Source: Neisseria uirgultaei
GTDB taxonomy: Bacteria > Pseudomonadota > Gammaproteobacteria > Burkholderiales > Neisseriaceae
Reading direction: 5' to 3'
DNA: 32,000 nt
Assembly (NCBI RefSeq): GCF_962719845.1
Contig: NZ_CAUIYF010000002.1
Span: 122,667 to 154,666, forward strand
Shown in pieces: positions 1 through 8,688 of this stretch. How positions within the stretch are numbered: the stretch's first letter is position 1; each line of letters starts with the position of its first letter. The notes under the pieces were generated by a model. That model saw only the letters and a list, made by a program, of their open reading frames with translations, was not told where the DNA came from and made no database searches. The translations under genes were made by a program, and so were the position numbers.

Positions 1-2
1 AA

Positions 3-1193
3 AAAATCGAAACCGGTTTGCCTGCTGCCGACATCGAGCGTCTTGCCGAGAAATTCACCGCCGTACCGGAAGGCTTTGCCCTGCATCCGACTGCAAAACG
101 TGTGATCGAAGCGCGTAAAGCCATGGCATCCGGCAAACAGCCTATCGACTGGGGTATGGCCGAAACCCTCGCATACGCAAGCCTGCTGACCAAAGGTCAT
201 GGCGTGCGTATCTCCGGTGAGGACTCCGGCCGCGGTACATTCTCACACCGTCATGCCGTTCTGCACGATCAAAAACGCGAAAAATGGGACGACGGTACTT
301 ATGTTCCTCTGCGCAACATGGGCGAGGGCTTGGGCGAGTTCCTGGTTATCGACTCTATCTTGAACGAAGAAGCCGTGATGGCGTTCGAGTACGGCTTTGC
401 CTGCTCCGCTCCTGACAAGCTGACCATTTGGGAAGCGCAATTCGGTGACTTCGCCAACGGCGCGCAAGTAACTATTGACCAATTCCTCTCTTCAGGCGAA
501 ACCAAATGGGGTCGTTTGTGCGGTCTGACCACCATCCTGCCGCACGGCTACGACGGTCAAGGCCCCGAGCACTCTTCTGCACGCGTAGAACGTTGGTTGC
601 AACTGTGTTCTGAGAACAATATGCAAGTCATCATGCCGTCTGAAGCGTCGCAAATGTTCCACCTCTTGCAACGCCAAGTCTTGGGTTCATACCGCAAACC
701 GCTGGTGATTTTCATGTCCAAACGCCTGTTGCGCTTCAAAGGTGCAATGAGCCCGCTGGAAAACTTCACCGAAGGTTCGACTTTCCGTCCGGTTATCGGC
801 GATACTGCCGAACGCGCAAGCAACGACAGCGTGAAACGCGTGGTATTGTGTGCCGGCCAGGTTTACTATGACTTGGAAGCAGGCCGTACCGAGCGTAAAC
901 TGGAAGATGATGTTGCGATTGTCCGCGTTGAGCAGCTGTATCCGTTCCCATACGACGAAGTTAAAGCTGAACTGGCGAAATATCCGAACGCAAAATCTGT
1001 GGTTTGGGCGCAAGAAGAGCCGAAAAACCAAGGCGCGTTCTACCAAATCCGCCACCGCATCGAAGGCGTTATCAGCGAAGAGCAAAAACTGTCTTATGCC
1101 GGTCGTCCAAGCAGCGCATCGCCTGCAGTGGGCTACTCAAGCAAACACATTGCTCAATTGAAACAATTGGTTGAAGACGCTTTGGCGTTGTAA
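3..1193 (+). CDS. sucA: 2-oxoglutarate dehydrogenase E1 component, C-terminal part (5' end lies outside the window)
   Basis: The frame is open from the window edge to the TAA at 1191-1193. The translation (…FSHRHAVLHDQ…IWEAQFGDFANGAQV…LPHGYDGQGPEHSSAR…) is typical E1o. It is followed by sucB and lpdA in the canonical order. Confidence 0.95.
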   Translation, partial: KIETGLPAADIERLAEKFTAVPEGFALHPTAKRVIEARKAMASGKQPIDWGMAETLAYASLLTKGHGVRISGEDSGRGTFSHRHAVLHDQKREKWDDGTYVPLRNMGEGLGEFLVIDSILNEEAVMAFEYGFACSAPDKLTIWEAQFGDFANGAQVTIDQFLSSGETKWGRLCGLTTILPHGYDGQGPEHSSARVERWLQLCSENNMQVIMPSEASQMFHLLQRQVLGSYRKPLVIFMSKRLLRFKGAMSPLENFTEGSTFRPVIGDTAERASNDSVKRVVLCAGQVYYDLEAGRTERKLEDDVAIVRVEQLYPFPYDEVKAELAKYPNAKSVVWAQEEPKNQGAFYQIRHRIEGVISEEQKLSYAGRPSSASPAVGYSSKHIAQLKQLVEDALAL

Positions 1194-1292
1194 GCCTGGC
1201 GGCATTCCGTTTGAAATTGTTCAGGCGGAATGCCCATATGCAGAATTAAAAACACACAACAGGCCGTCTGAAAGGGCCATTGGAGACACAAA

Positions 1293-2474
1293 ATGATTAT
1301 TGATGTAAAAGTACCTATGCTGTCTGAAAGCGTATCTGAAGGCACGCTCTTGGAATGGAAGAAAAAAGTTGGCGAAGCAGTTGCCCGTGACGAAATCCTG
1401 ATCGATATCGAAACTGACAAAGTGGTTTTGGAAGTACCTTCTCCACAAGCCGGCGTATTGGTTGAAATCGTAGCGCAAGACGGTGAAACCGTTGTTGCTG
1501 ACCAAGTTTTGGCCCGTATCGATACAGCTGCCACTGCCGCTGCTGAAGCACCTGCCGCCGCGCCTGCAGAAGCTGCCCCAGCTGCCGCTCCTGCTGCTGC
1601 ACAAAACAACGCCGCTATGCCTGCTGCCGCTAAACTGGCTGCCGAGACCGGTGTTGACGTGAACGCATTGCAAGGTTCCGGTCGTGACGGTCGCGTATTG
1701 AAAGAAGACGTACAAAATGCCGCTGCCAAACCTGCCGCAGCCGCTGCTCCTGCCGTTGCGCTTCCTGCCGGCGCACGTCCTGAAGAACGCGTACCGATGA
1801 GCCGCCTGCGTGCCCGTGTTGCAGAACGCCTCTTGGCTTCTCAACAAGAAAACGCCATTCTGACTACATTCAACGAAGTCAATATGAAACCAATCATGGA
1901 CTTGCGTGCGAAGTACAAAGAAAAATTCGAGAAAGAACACGGCGTGAAACTGGGCTTCATGTCCTTCTTCGTTAAAGCCGCGGTTGCCGCCCTGAAAAAA
2001 TACCCGGTTGTGAATGCTTCTGTTGACGGCAAAGACATCGTGTACCACGGCTACTTCGACATCGGTATCGCGATTGGCAGCCCACGCGGTTTGGTTGTGC
2101 CTATCTTGCGCGATGCCGACCAAATGAGCATTGCCGACATCGAACAAGCAATTGTTGATTACGCGAAAAAAGCCAAAGACGGCAAAATCGCTATCGAAGA
2201 TTTGACCGGCGGTACATTCAGTATTACCAACGGCGGTACTTTCGGTTCTATGATGTCCACCCCGATCATCAACCCGCCTCAATCTGCGATTTTGGGTATG
2301 CACGCCACTAAAGAGCGCGCTGTGGTTGAAAACGGCCAAGTTGTTGTCCGTCCAATGATGTATCTGGCTCTGTCTTACGACCACCGTATCATCGACGGCC
2401 GCGAAGCTGTATTGACTTTGGTAGCCATTAAAGACGCGTTGGAAGACCCAGCACGCCTGTTGTTGGATCTGTAA
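1293..2474 (+). CDS. sucB: Dihydrolipoyllysine-residue succinyltransferase (E2 of the 2-oxoglutarate dehydrogenase complex)
   Basis: GGAGA RBS before the ATG. It has an N-terminal lipoyl domain ([10 protein letters not shown]), Ala/Pro linkers, an E3-binding domain and a C-terminal catalytic domain with the DHRIIDG motif. Confidence 0.95.
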   Translation: MIIDVKVPMLSESVSEGTLLEWKKKVGEAVARDEILIDIETDKVVLEVPSPQAGVLVEIVAQDGETVVADQVLARIDTAATAAAEAPAAAPAEAAPAAAPAAAQNNAAMPAAAKLAAETGVDVNALQGSGRDGRVLKEDVQNAAAKPAAAAAPAVALPAGARPEERVPMSRLRARVAERLLASQQENAILTTFNEVNMKPIMDLRAKYKEKFEKEHGVKLGFMSFFVKAAVAALKKYPVVNASVDGKDIVYHGYFDIGIAIGSPRGLVVPILRDADQMSIADIEQAIVDYAKKAKDGKIAIEDLTGGTFSITNGGTFGSMMSTPIINPPQSAILGMHATKERAVVENGQVVVRPMMYLALSYDHRIIDGREAVLTLVAIKDALEDPARLLLDL

Positions 2475-2476
2475 TC

Positions 2477-2517
2477 GTTTCAGACGGCCTTTTATTTGTT
2501 AATGAAAAGGCCGTCTG
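2477..2517 (+). terminator. Inverted DUS pair hairpin downstream of sucB
   Basis: TTCAGACGGCCTTTT … AAAAGGCCGTCTGAA form perfect inverted arms directly after the sucB stop. Confidence 0.6.
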
Positions 2518-2732
2518 AATTTTTATTTAGATGTAGCGTAATGTAGTATCGTGCTACAATAGGCTCAACGAACGATTGAGGCCGTCTGAAACATTTGATT
2601 CGAATGAATCGGCAGATATGGACTTTCAGACGGCCTTTTCTTAAAACCATCAAAACGCAGTCATTCAAAATAAAAAAGAAACAAAAAGTATCGTTTTTAT
2701 TTTGAGATACTGCAAAAGCAAAGGATGACACG

Positions 2733-4166
2733 ATGTCTCAATATGATGTAGTAGTGATTGGTGCAGGCCCGGGCGGATACGTTGCCGCCATCCGTGCTGC
2801 GCAACTGGGTTTCAAAACTGCTTGCGTTGACGCAGGCGTTAACAAAGCGGGCAATGCCCCTGCATTGGGCGGTACTTGCTTGAACGTAGGCTGTATCCCT
2901 TCCAAAGCCCTGTTGCAATCCAGCGAACATTTCCACGCTGCGCAACACGATTTTGCCGAACACGGTATCACTGTCGGCGACGTAAAATTCGACGCGGCCA
3001 AAATGATTGAGCGCAAAGATGCCATTGTAACCAAGCTGACCGGCGGCGTGAAATTCCTGTTCCAAAAAAACAAAGTAACCAGCCTGTTCGGTACTGCTTC
3101 TTTTGCCGGTAAAAATGGCGATGCTTACCAAATCGAAGTCGATAACAAAGGCGAGAAAACCGTTATCGAAGCCAAACACGTCATCGTAGCCACAGGTTCC
3201 GTGCCGCGTCCGCTGCCACAAGTCGCTATCGACAACGTGAACGTATTGGACAATGAAGGCGCATTGAACCTGACCGAAGTACCTGCCAAACTCGGCGTGA
3301 TCGGTTCCGGCGTGATTGGTTTGGAAATGGGTTCCGTATGGAACCGCGTGGGTGCAGAAGTTACCATTCTTGAAGCTGCGCCGACCTTCCTGGCTGCCGC
3401 CGACCAACAAATCGCCAAAGAAGCCTTCAAATACTTCACCAAAGAGCAAGGCTTGAACATCGAACTGGGCGTGAAAATCGGCGACATCAAATCTGAAGGC
3501 AAGGGCGTTTCCGTTGCTTACGAAACTGCTGCCGGCGAAGCCAAAACCGAAGTTTTCGACAAACTCATCGTTGCCATCGGCCGTATTCCAAACACTAAAG
3601 GCCTGAACGCCGAAGCCGTCGGCTTGGAAAAAGACGAACGCGGCTTTATCAAAGTGGACGGCGAATGCCGTACCAACCTGCCTAACGTATGGGCAATCGG
3701 CGACGTGGTCCGCGGCCCGATGTTGGCACACAAAGCCAGCGATGAAGGCGTTGCCGTTGCCGAGCGCATTGCCGGTCAAAAACCGCATATCGACTTCAAC
3801 AACGTACCGTTTGTGATTTACACCGACCCTGAAATCGCTTGGGTGGGTAAAACCGAAGAGCAGCTCAAAGCCGAAGGCGTGGAGTACAAAAAAGGTACTT
3901 CAGGTTTCGGCGCAAACGGTCGCGCATTGGCAATGGGCAAAGCCAAAGGTACGGTTAAAGTATTGGCAGATGCCAAAACCGACCGCATCTTGGGCGTACA
4001 CATGATCGGCCCGGTTGTCAGCGAATTGGTTACCGAAGGCGTGACTGCGCTCGAATTCTTCGCCAGCAGCGAAGACATCGCCCGCATTATCCATGCCCAC
4101 CCAACCTTGTCCGAAGTGGTTCACGAAGCTGCCTTGGCGGCCGACAAACGCGCTTTGCACGGTTGA
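2733..4166 (+). CDS. lpdA: Dihydrolipoyl dehydrogenase (E3)
   Basis: AAGGATGA RBS. It has the FAD-binding GAGPGGY motif, the redox-active disulfide [13 protein letters not shown] and the C-terminal HAHPTLSE dimerisation motif. Confidence 0.94.
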   Translation: MSQYDVVVIGAGPGGYVAAIRAAQLGFKTACVDAGVNKAGNAPALGGTCLNVGCIPSKALLQSSEHFHAAQHDFAEHGITVGDVKFDAAKMIERKDAIVTKLTGGVKFLFQKNKVTSLFGTASFAGKNGDAYQIEVDNKGEKTVIEAKHVIVATGSVPRPLPQVAIDNVNVLDNEGALNLTEVPAKLGVIGSGVIGLEMGSVWNRVGAEVTILEAAPTFLAAADQQIAKEAFKYFTKEQGLNIELGVKIGDIKSEGKGVSVAYETAAGEAKTEVFDKLIVAIGRIPNTKGLNAEAVGLEKDERGFIKVDGECRTNLPNVWAIGDVVRGPMLAHKASDEGVAVAERIAGQKPHIDFNNVPFVIYTDPEIAWVGKTEEQLKAEGVEYKKGTSGFGANGRALAMGKAKGTVKVLADAKTDRILGVHMIGPVVSELVTEGVTALEFFASSEDIARIIHAHPTLSEVVHEAALAADKRALHG

Positions 4167-4172
4167 TAGACA

Positions 4173-4206
4173 TTAAGGCCGTCTGAAACTTTTCAGACGG
4201 CCTTAA
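4173..4206 (+). terminator. Inverted DUS pair hairpin downstream of lpdA
   Basis: TTAAGGCCGTCTGAAA / TTTCAGACGGCCTTAA is a perfect palindrome 7 nt after the lpdA stop. Confidence 0.65.
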
Positions 4207-4290
4207 GGCCTTCGACAAATTGAATGTTCCGAGAGCTCCGTTTTCTGATTTATAATTCCGTCAGGCAAACACACAGCACTTACATTCATT

Positions 4291-4578
4291 ATGAACAAAG
4301 AAATAGTCGGTATTTTCTTTATACCGGCGGGCATCATCAGCATGTGTATGGCCGCATTGTGGCAGATGTATGTGATGATGACCGAAACTTATACGCTCAA
4401 CCGTTTCAAAGATAAAGAATTGGTTTGGCGCGTGGCATTGTTATTTATCAGTTTCAGCCTTGCCGTTTATCTGCTCTGCCCGAATTCGCGTAAAAAAGGC
4501 ATTGTCTTTTTTATTCTCGGAGGAGGTGGCGCAACCATGTATCTGCTGGCGCGGATGTGGTTGCCCTTCAGTAAATAG
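4291..4578 (+). CDS. Small hypothetical integral membrane protein (about three hydrophobic segments)
   Basis: A 95-aa ORF sits between lpdA and sucC with hydrophobic stretches ([48 protein letters not shown]). I recognise no family. Confidence 0.45.
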   Translation: MNKEIVGIFFIPAGIISMCMAALWQMYVMMTETYTLNRFKDKELVWRVALLFISFSLAVYLLCPNSRKKGIVFFILGGGGATMYLLARMWLPFSK

Positions 4579-4649
4579 TAGGGCCGTCTGAAAATATGGG
4601 ATTGGCCGCAGGGCGATTCCTAAAACCCACTCACCTTAAGGAGAAATCC

Positions 4650-5816
4650 ATGAATTTACACGAGTATCAGGCTAAAGAACTGCTGGCTGGCTACGGTTTG
4701 CCCGTACAAGGCGGTATTTTGGCACACAACGGCGAAGAAGCCGCTGCAGCTTACGACAAATTGGGCGGCAAATTCGCTGTTGTCAAAGCACAAGTACACG
4801 CCGGCGGCCGCGGTAAAGCGGGCGGCGTAAAAGTCGTTAAAAGCCGCGAAGAAGCTAAAGAAGTGGCTGAAAGCCTGATTGGCACCAACTTGGTAACTTA
4901 CCAAACCGATGCCAACGGCCAACCTGTCAACAGCGTTTTGGTTTGCGAAGACATGTATCCGGTTCAAACCGAGCTGTACTTGGGCGCAGTGGTTGACCGT
5001 TCTACCCGCCGCGTTACATTCATGGCTTCTACCGAAGGCGGCGTGGAAATCGAAAAAGTTGCTGCCGAAACTCCTGAAAAAATCTTCAAAGTAACCGTTG
5101 ATCCGCTGGTCGGCCTGCAACCTTGCCAAGCTCGCGAAGTTGCCTTCCAACTGGGCTTGAAAGACAAACAAATCAACGAGTTCGTCAAACTGATGACCGG
5201 CGCGTACAAAGCGTTTATCGAAAACGACTTCGCACTGTTTGAAGTAAACCCATTGGCAGTTCGCGAAAACGGCGCGCTCGCCTGCGTGGACGGCAAAATC
5301 GGTATCGACAGCAACGCCCTCTACCGACTGCCAAAAATCACCGAATTACGCGACAAATCCCAAGAAAACGAACGTGAGCTGAAAGCTTCCGAATTCGACC
5401 TGAACTATGTTGCCTTGGAAGGCAACATCGGCTGTATGGTTAATGGTGCCGGTTTGGCGATGGCTACTATGGACATCATCAAACTCAAAGGCGGCCAACC
5501 TGCCAACTTCTTGGACGTTGGCGGCGGCGCAACCAAAGACCGCGTGGTTGAAGCGTTCAAACTGATTCTGGAAGACAAATCCGTTAAAGGCGTATTGATC
5601 AATATCTTCGGCGGTATCGTACGTTGCGACATGATTGCGGAAGCCATCGTGGCAGCCGTTAAAGAAATCAACGTCAACGTTCCTGTCGTTGTTCGTTTGG
5701 AAGGTAACAACGCCGAACTCGGCGCGAAAATCCTGAACGAATCAGGTCTGAAACTGACTTCTGCAGACGGCCTGAATGACGCAGCCGAAAAAATTGTTGC
5801 AGCCGTAAACGCCTAA
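4650..5816 (+). CDS. sucC: Succinyl-CoA synthetase beta subunit
   Basis: The ATG at 4650 is preceded by AAGGAG (4638-4643). The canonical N-terminus [12 protein letters not shown] is present. The track ORF start at 4596 is an upstream in-frame extension. Confidence 0.95.
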   Translation: MNLHEYQAKELLAGYGLPVQGGILAHNGEEAAAAYDKLGGKFAVVKAQVHAGGRGKAGGVKVVKSREEAKEVAESLIGTNLVTYQTDANGQPVNSVLVCEDMYPVQTELYLGAVVDRSTRRVTFMASTEGGVEIEKVAAETPEKIFKVTVDPLVGLQPCQAREVAFQLGLKDKQINEFVKLMTGAYKAFIENDFALFEVNPLAVRENGALACVDGKIGIDSNALYRLPKITELRDKSQENERELKASEFDLNYVALEGNIGCMVNGAGLAMATMDIIKLKGGQPANFLDVGGGATKDRVVEAFKLILEDKSVKGVLINIFGGIVRCDMIAEAIVAAVKEINVNVPVVVRLEGNNAELGAKILNESGLKLTSADGLNDAAEKIVAAVNA

Positions 5817-5826
5817 GGAGAAAAGA

Positions 5827-6717
5827 ATGAGCGTATTGATTAATAAAGACACCAAAGTATTGGTTCAAGGTTTCACCGGTAAAAACGGTACTTTCCACTC
5901 CGAACAAGCTCTGGCTTACGGCACTAAAGTTGTCGGCGGCGTTACCCCGGGCAAAGGCGGTCAAACCCACCTGAACCTGCCTGTATTCAACACCATGAAA
6001 GAAGCCGTTAAAGAAACCGGTGCTGACGCATCCGTGATTTACGTTCCCGCTCCGTTTGTTTTAGACTCTATCGTTGAAGCTGTTGATTCAGGCGTAGGCT
6101 TGGTCGTTGTGATTACCGAAGGCGTACCGACTCTGGACATGCTCAAAGCCAAACGCTACTTGGAGACCAACGGCAACGGCACACGTTTGGTCGGCCCAAA
6201 CTGCCCGGGCGTGATTACTCCGGGTGAGTGCAAAATCGGCATTATGCCGGGCCACATCCACACTCCGGGCCGCATCGGTATTATTTCCCGTTCCGGTACA
6301 TTGACTTACGAAGCTGTGGCACAAACCACCAAACTGGGCTTGGGTCAATCAACCTGTATCGGTATCGGCGGCGACCCGATTCCCGGTATGAACCAAATCG
6401 ACGCACTGAAACTCTTCCAAGAAGACCCGGATACCGACGCCATTATCATGATCGGTGAAATCGGCGGTACTGCGGAAGAAGAAGCAGCCGAATACATCCA
6501 ATCCAACGTAACCAAACCTGTTGTCGGTTACATTGCCGGTGTTACCGCTCCTAAAGGCAAACGCATGGGCCACGCCGGTGCGATTATCTCCGGCGGCAAA
6601 GGTACTGCCGAGGAAAAATTCGCCGCTTTCGAAAAAGCCGGCATCGCCTACACACGCAGCCCTGCCGAGTTGGGCACGACGATGCTGGAAGTGTTGAAAG
6701 CAAAAGGTTTGGCATAA
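5827..6717 (+). CDS. sucD: Succinyl-CoA synthetase alpha subunit
   Basis: AAGGAG RBS. The translation shows [10 protein letters not shown], the SRSGTLTYE motif and the phosphohistidine loop [10 protein letters not shown]. Confidence 0.95.
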   Translation: MSVLINKDTKVLVQGFTGKNGTFHSEQALAYGTKVVGGVTPGKGGQTHLNLPVFNTMKEAVKETGADASVIYVPAPFVLDSIVEAVDSGVGLVVVITEGVPTLDMLKAKRYLETNGNGTRLVGPNCPGVITPGECKIGIMPGHIHTPGRIGIISRSGTLTYEAVAQTTKLGLGQSTCIGIGGDPIPGMNQIDALKLFQEDPDTDAIIMIGEIGGTAEEEAAEYIQSNVTKPVVGYIAGVTAPKGKRMGHAGAIISGGKGTAEEKFAAFEKAGIAYTRSPAELGTTMLEVLKAKGLA

Positions 6718-6743
6718 TCAGGTTTGACAACTGATTGAACATC

Positions 6744-6785
6744 AAATGCCGTCTGAAACCGGAAATCGGGTTTCAGACGGCATTT
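6744..6785 (+). terminator. Inverted DUS pair hairpin plus T-run downstream of sucD
   Basis: AAATGCCGTCTGAAACC … GGTTTCAGACGGCATTT is followed by TTTGTTT. Confidence 0.7.
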
Positions 6786-6879
6786 TGTTTGTCATTTCAA
6801 AAAGAGGCAGCCTCAACATACCCACATTATTTTTTGCCCTTTGAGGCAGTCAGAATATTTATCGGTCAAACAGGAGTAA

Positions 6880-7026
6880 ACCCGTAAATTGCCTCTTGCA
6901 CCTTATTCACCTGAGCTCAACCCGATTGAGAAAGTGTGGGCGAATATTAAGCGGTATCTGCAAACCGTTTTGTCTGATTACGCCCGATTTGACGATGCAC
7001 TACTGTCCTATTTTGATTTTAATTGA
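6880..7026 (+). pseudogene. C-terminal remnant of an IS630-family (IS1016-like) DDE transposase
   Basis: My own translation of the frame starting at 6880 gives TRKLPLAPYSPELNPIEKVWANIKRYLQTVLSDYARFDDALLSYFDFN*. The PYSPELNPIEKVW block is the hallmark of the third catalytic region of IS630/Tc1 transposases. There is no upstream coding part or terminal repeat. Confidence 0.7.
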
Positions 7027-7494
7027 TTATATTTTTGCAGGATTCTGTTTTAGCACGCGACATTTTTTGTTTGATAGGATTGGAATGGATGTAGTCCGCG
7101 CAACGCTGCAAATCTGTTTCGTCGCGCACGGTGTGTTCGTAAAAACGCCGTTGCCAAATACCGCGTTCGTGCTGCCGCTGTTTGCTGGCAGACAGGTTTT
7201 CTTGCTGGCAGACAGGTTTTCGGCACGAGGGAAATGTGCGGAGAATTTGGTTTTAATCAGCCGCCAGCGCAGGGAATAATCCGCATCGTCGGGCGGCAAC
7301 GTCCAAATGGCGTGAATGTAGTTCGGCAGTACGCATACGGTGACGGTTTCAAAGGGATATTGTTTTTGCACATCCATATAAGCCGCACGCAATAAGTCGA
7401 TATGTTCGACAAGCAGGCGCGATTTTGGGTTGGCGAGTTTGACGGTGAAAAAGAATGTGCCGCCGGCAATGAAGTTTCTGCGATAACGCGCCAT
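7019..7494 (-). pseudogene. REP-associated tyrosine transposase (RayT, IS200/IS605 Y1-type TnpA-like), frameshifted by a 20-bp tandem duplication
   Basis: The track ORF 7027-7494 loses family similarity after …AENLSASK. Removing one copy of the 20-bp repeat (7182-7221) restores …SASKQRQHERGIWQRRFYEHTVRDETDLQRCADYIHSNPIKQK…* (stop at 7019-7021), which is the conserved RayT C-terminus with the catalytic-Tyr region. Confidence 0.8.
7182..7221. repeat. Perfect 20-bp tandem duplication (TTGCTGGCAGACAGGTTTTC x2) inside the RayT gene
   Basis: Read directly from the sequence: 7182-7201 equals 7202-7221. A 20-nt insertion shifts the reading frame. Confidence 0.95.
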
Positions 7495-7548
7495 AGGATT
7501 TTTGTTTGTGGTTTGGGTGTTGGAGAAGGAACGGTTTGTTGTTTAAGG

Positions 7549-7625
7549 TTTTAACTTTGTTGAAGCTGACGCTTTCAGACGATATCGGAGGCCGTCTGAA
7601 AGCGTCAGCTTCAACAAAGTTAAAA
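7549..7625. repeat. Long perfect palindrome (33-bp arms, 11-nt loop) containing DUS-like sequence, just upstream of the RayT gene
   Basis: Left arm TTTTAACTTTGTTGAAGCTGACGCTTTCAGACG (7549-7581). The right arm (7593-7625) is its exact reverse complement. No T-run follows on either strand. Confidence 0.9.
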
Positions 7626-7656
7626 GTTGAAACGGCAAACCGTCAATCAAGCAACC

Positions 7657-7880
7657 GCGTGCGTGCGTACCGCACACACCCTACACGTTGGCTTTGAAGT
7701 TCCGTGCAATTCACAGGTAGGGTGTACGGCACAGCCACGCACGCGGAGGGGGAGGGGTATGCAGGCTACGGCTTGCTACGCGTTGATTTTGAAGTTCCGC
7801 GTAATTCACAGGTAAGGTGTGTGGCGCAGCCACGCACGCGCGTGGATTGGGTATGTAGGCTACGGCTTGCTTTTTTGTTG
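7657..7880. repeat. REP/BIME-like cluster: three GTAG-headed imperfect palindromes within two ~95-bp tandem units
   Basis: REP copies lie at 7657-7684 (inverted), 7717-7744 (GTAGGGTGTACGGCACAGCCACGCACGC) and 7812-7840 (GTAAGGTGTGTGGCGCAGCCACGCACGCG). Units starting TTTGAAGTTCCG recur at 7693 and 7788. The cluster is adjacent to the RayT gene. Confidence 0.7.
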
Positions 7881-8687
7881 ATTTTTTTCTTGCTTTTCAT
7901 ATTCCTCAAGTAAGTTTAAGTTATTACCATAAGCTGTTTTTTTATAGCGAATTAAATCAGTTGATGTTATTTCATCGTGAAGATGTTCAAAAAGATGGTA
8001 TTTCTCTATCAGTGGAGCAAATTTATCTTTTCCCCATTTAGATAGCCCACTATAAAACAGAAAAAACAATTCATCACTTGAGATTTGTGCACGTAGCATG
8101 TGTATATAAAAAGTTTTCTGCTCCTTACTTAATTTACTTTTATCTATATACTTTACTGCATGGTATATGCCTCTAAAATAATGCCCGAGAACTCTGTGTA
8201 AATATTCTTCATAAAAATTCTCATACTTTCCTATATTTCCTTTAGAATGCGAGGGAATTCTTTCAAGCTTAAAGTGATTTCTTAATATAATAAATACAAG
8301 CCGACCAGACACACCTTCTTGTATGTATAAATCTCGTTTATGTCCCTCAATTTTATAGGATACTTTTCCTTTAAGTAATTGAAGCCCATCAATGATGTTG
8401 TTGACTGTTTCAAGATGTTTAAACAGATGCTCTTCGGTTTGCCTAGCTTTTCTCTCTCTATTGCCAATATAAATTGCGATAAAAGCACCGCACATTGCAA
8501 GCCCTGAGAAGATAGCATTTAAACTTCCATAAGAATCTCCGTGCAAACCTAACATTTCTTTGCTTGGGGTCTCTATTTTAGTAGATAGCTGAATTTTCCA
8601 GTTTAGAATTTCTGGGTAATTCCACCACAATATGCCAATCAGAGCAAAAATGATAACTAACAAAATAGTCGAAATAAATTTATTCAT
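7860..8687 (-). CDS. AT-rich membrane protein resembling the 'putative phage abortive infection protein' (putAbiC-type) family
   Basis: The 275-aa ORF has an N-terminal TM helix, then GLHGDSYGSLNAIFSGLAMCGAFIAIY (second TM). Later come HYFRGIYHAVKYID and MLRAQISSDELFFLFYSGLSKWGKDKFAPLIEKYHLFEHL, which I recall from that family. Base composition differs sharply from the flanks. Confidence 0.5.
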   Translation of the reverse strand: MNKFISTILLVIIFALIGILWWNYPEILNWKIQLSTKIETPSKEMLGLHGDSYGSLNAIFSGLAMCGAFIAIYIGNRERKARQTEEHLFKHLETVNNIIDGLQLLKGKVSYKIEGHKRDLYIQEGVSGRLVFIILRNHFKLERIPSHSKGNIGKYENFYEEYLHRVLGHYFRGIYHAVKYIDKSKLSKEQKTFYIHMLRAQISSDELFFLFYSGLSKWGKDKFAPLIEKYHLFEHLHDEITSTDLIRYKKTAYGNNLNLLEEYEKQEKNQQKSKP

Positions 8688-8688
8688 T

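Noticed and set aside
1221-2384. 387-aa ORF antisense to sucB, and 363-aa ORF (2697-3788) antisense to lpdA
   Set aside because: These are shadow ORFs of well-supported genes. They have no RBS or recognisable domains, and their composition is biased (Phe/Arg/Val/Gly-rich).
7506-7913. Three 62-69-aa + strand ORFs (7506-7697, 7627-7815, 7704-7913)
   Set aside because: They lie entirely within the palindrome and REP-like tandem repeats. The repeated peptide segments simply mirror the DNA repeats.
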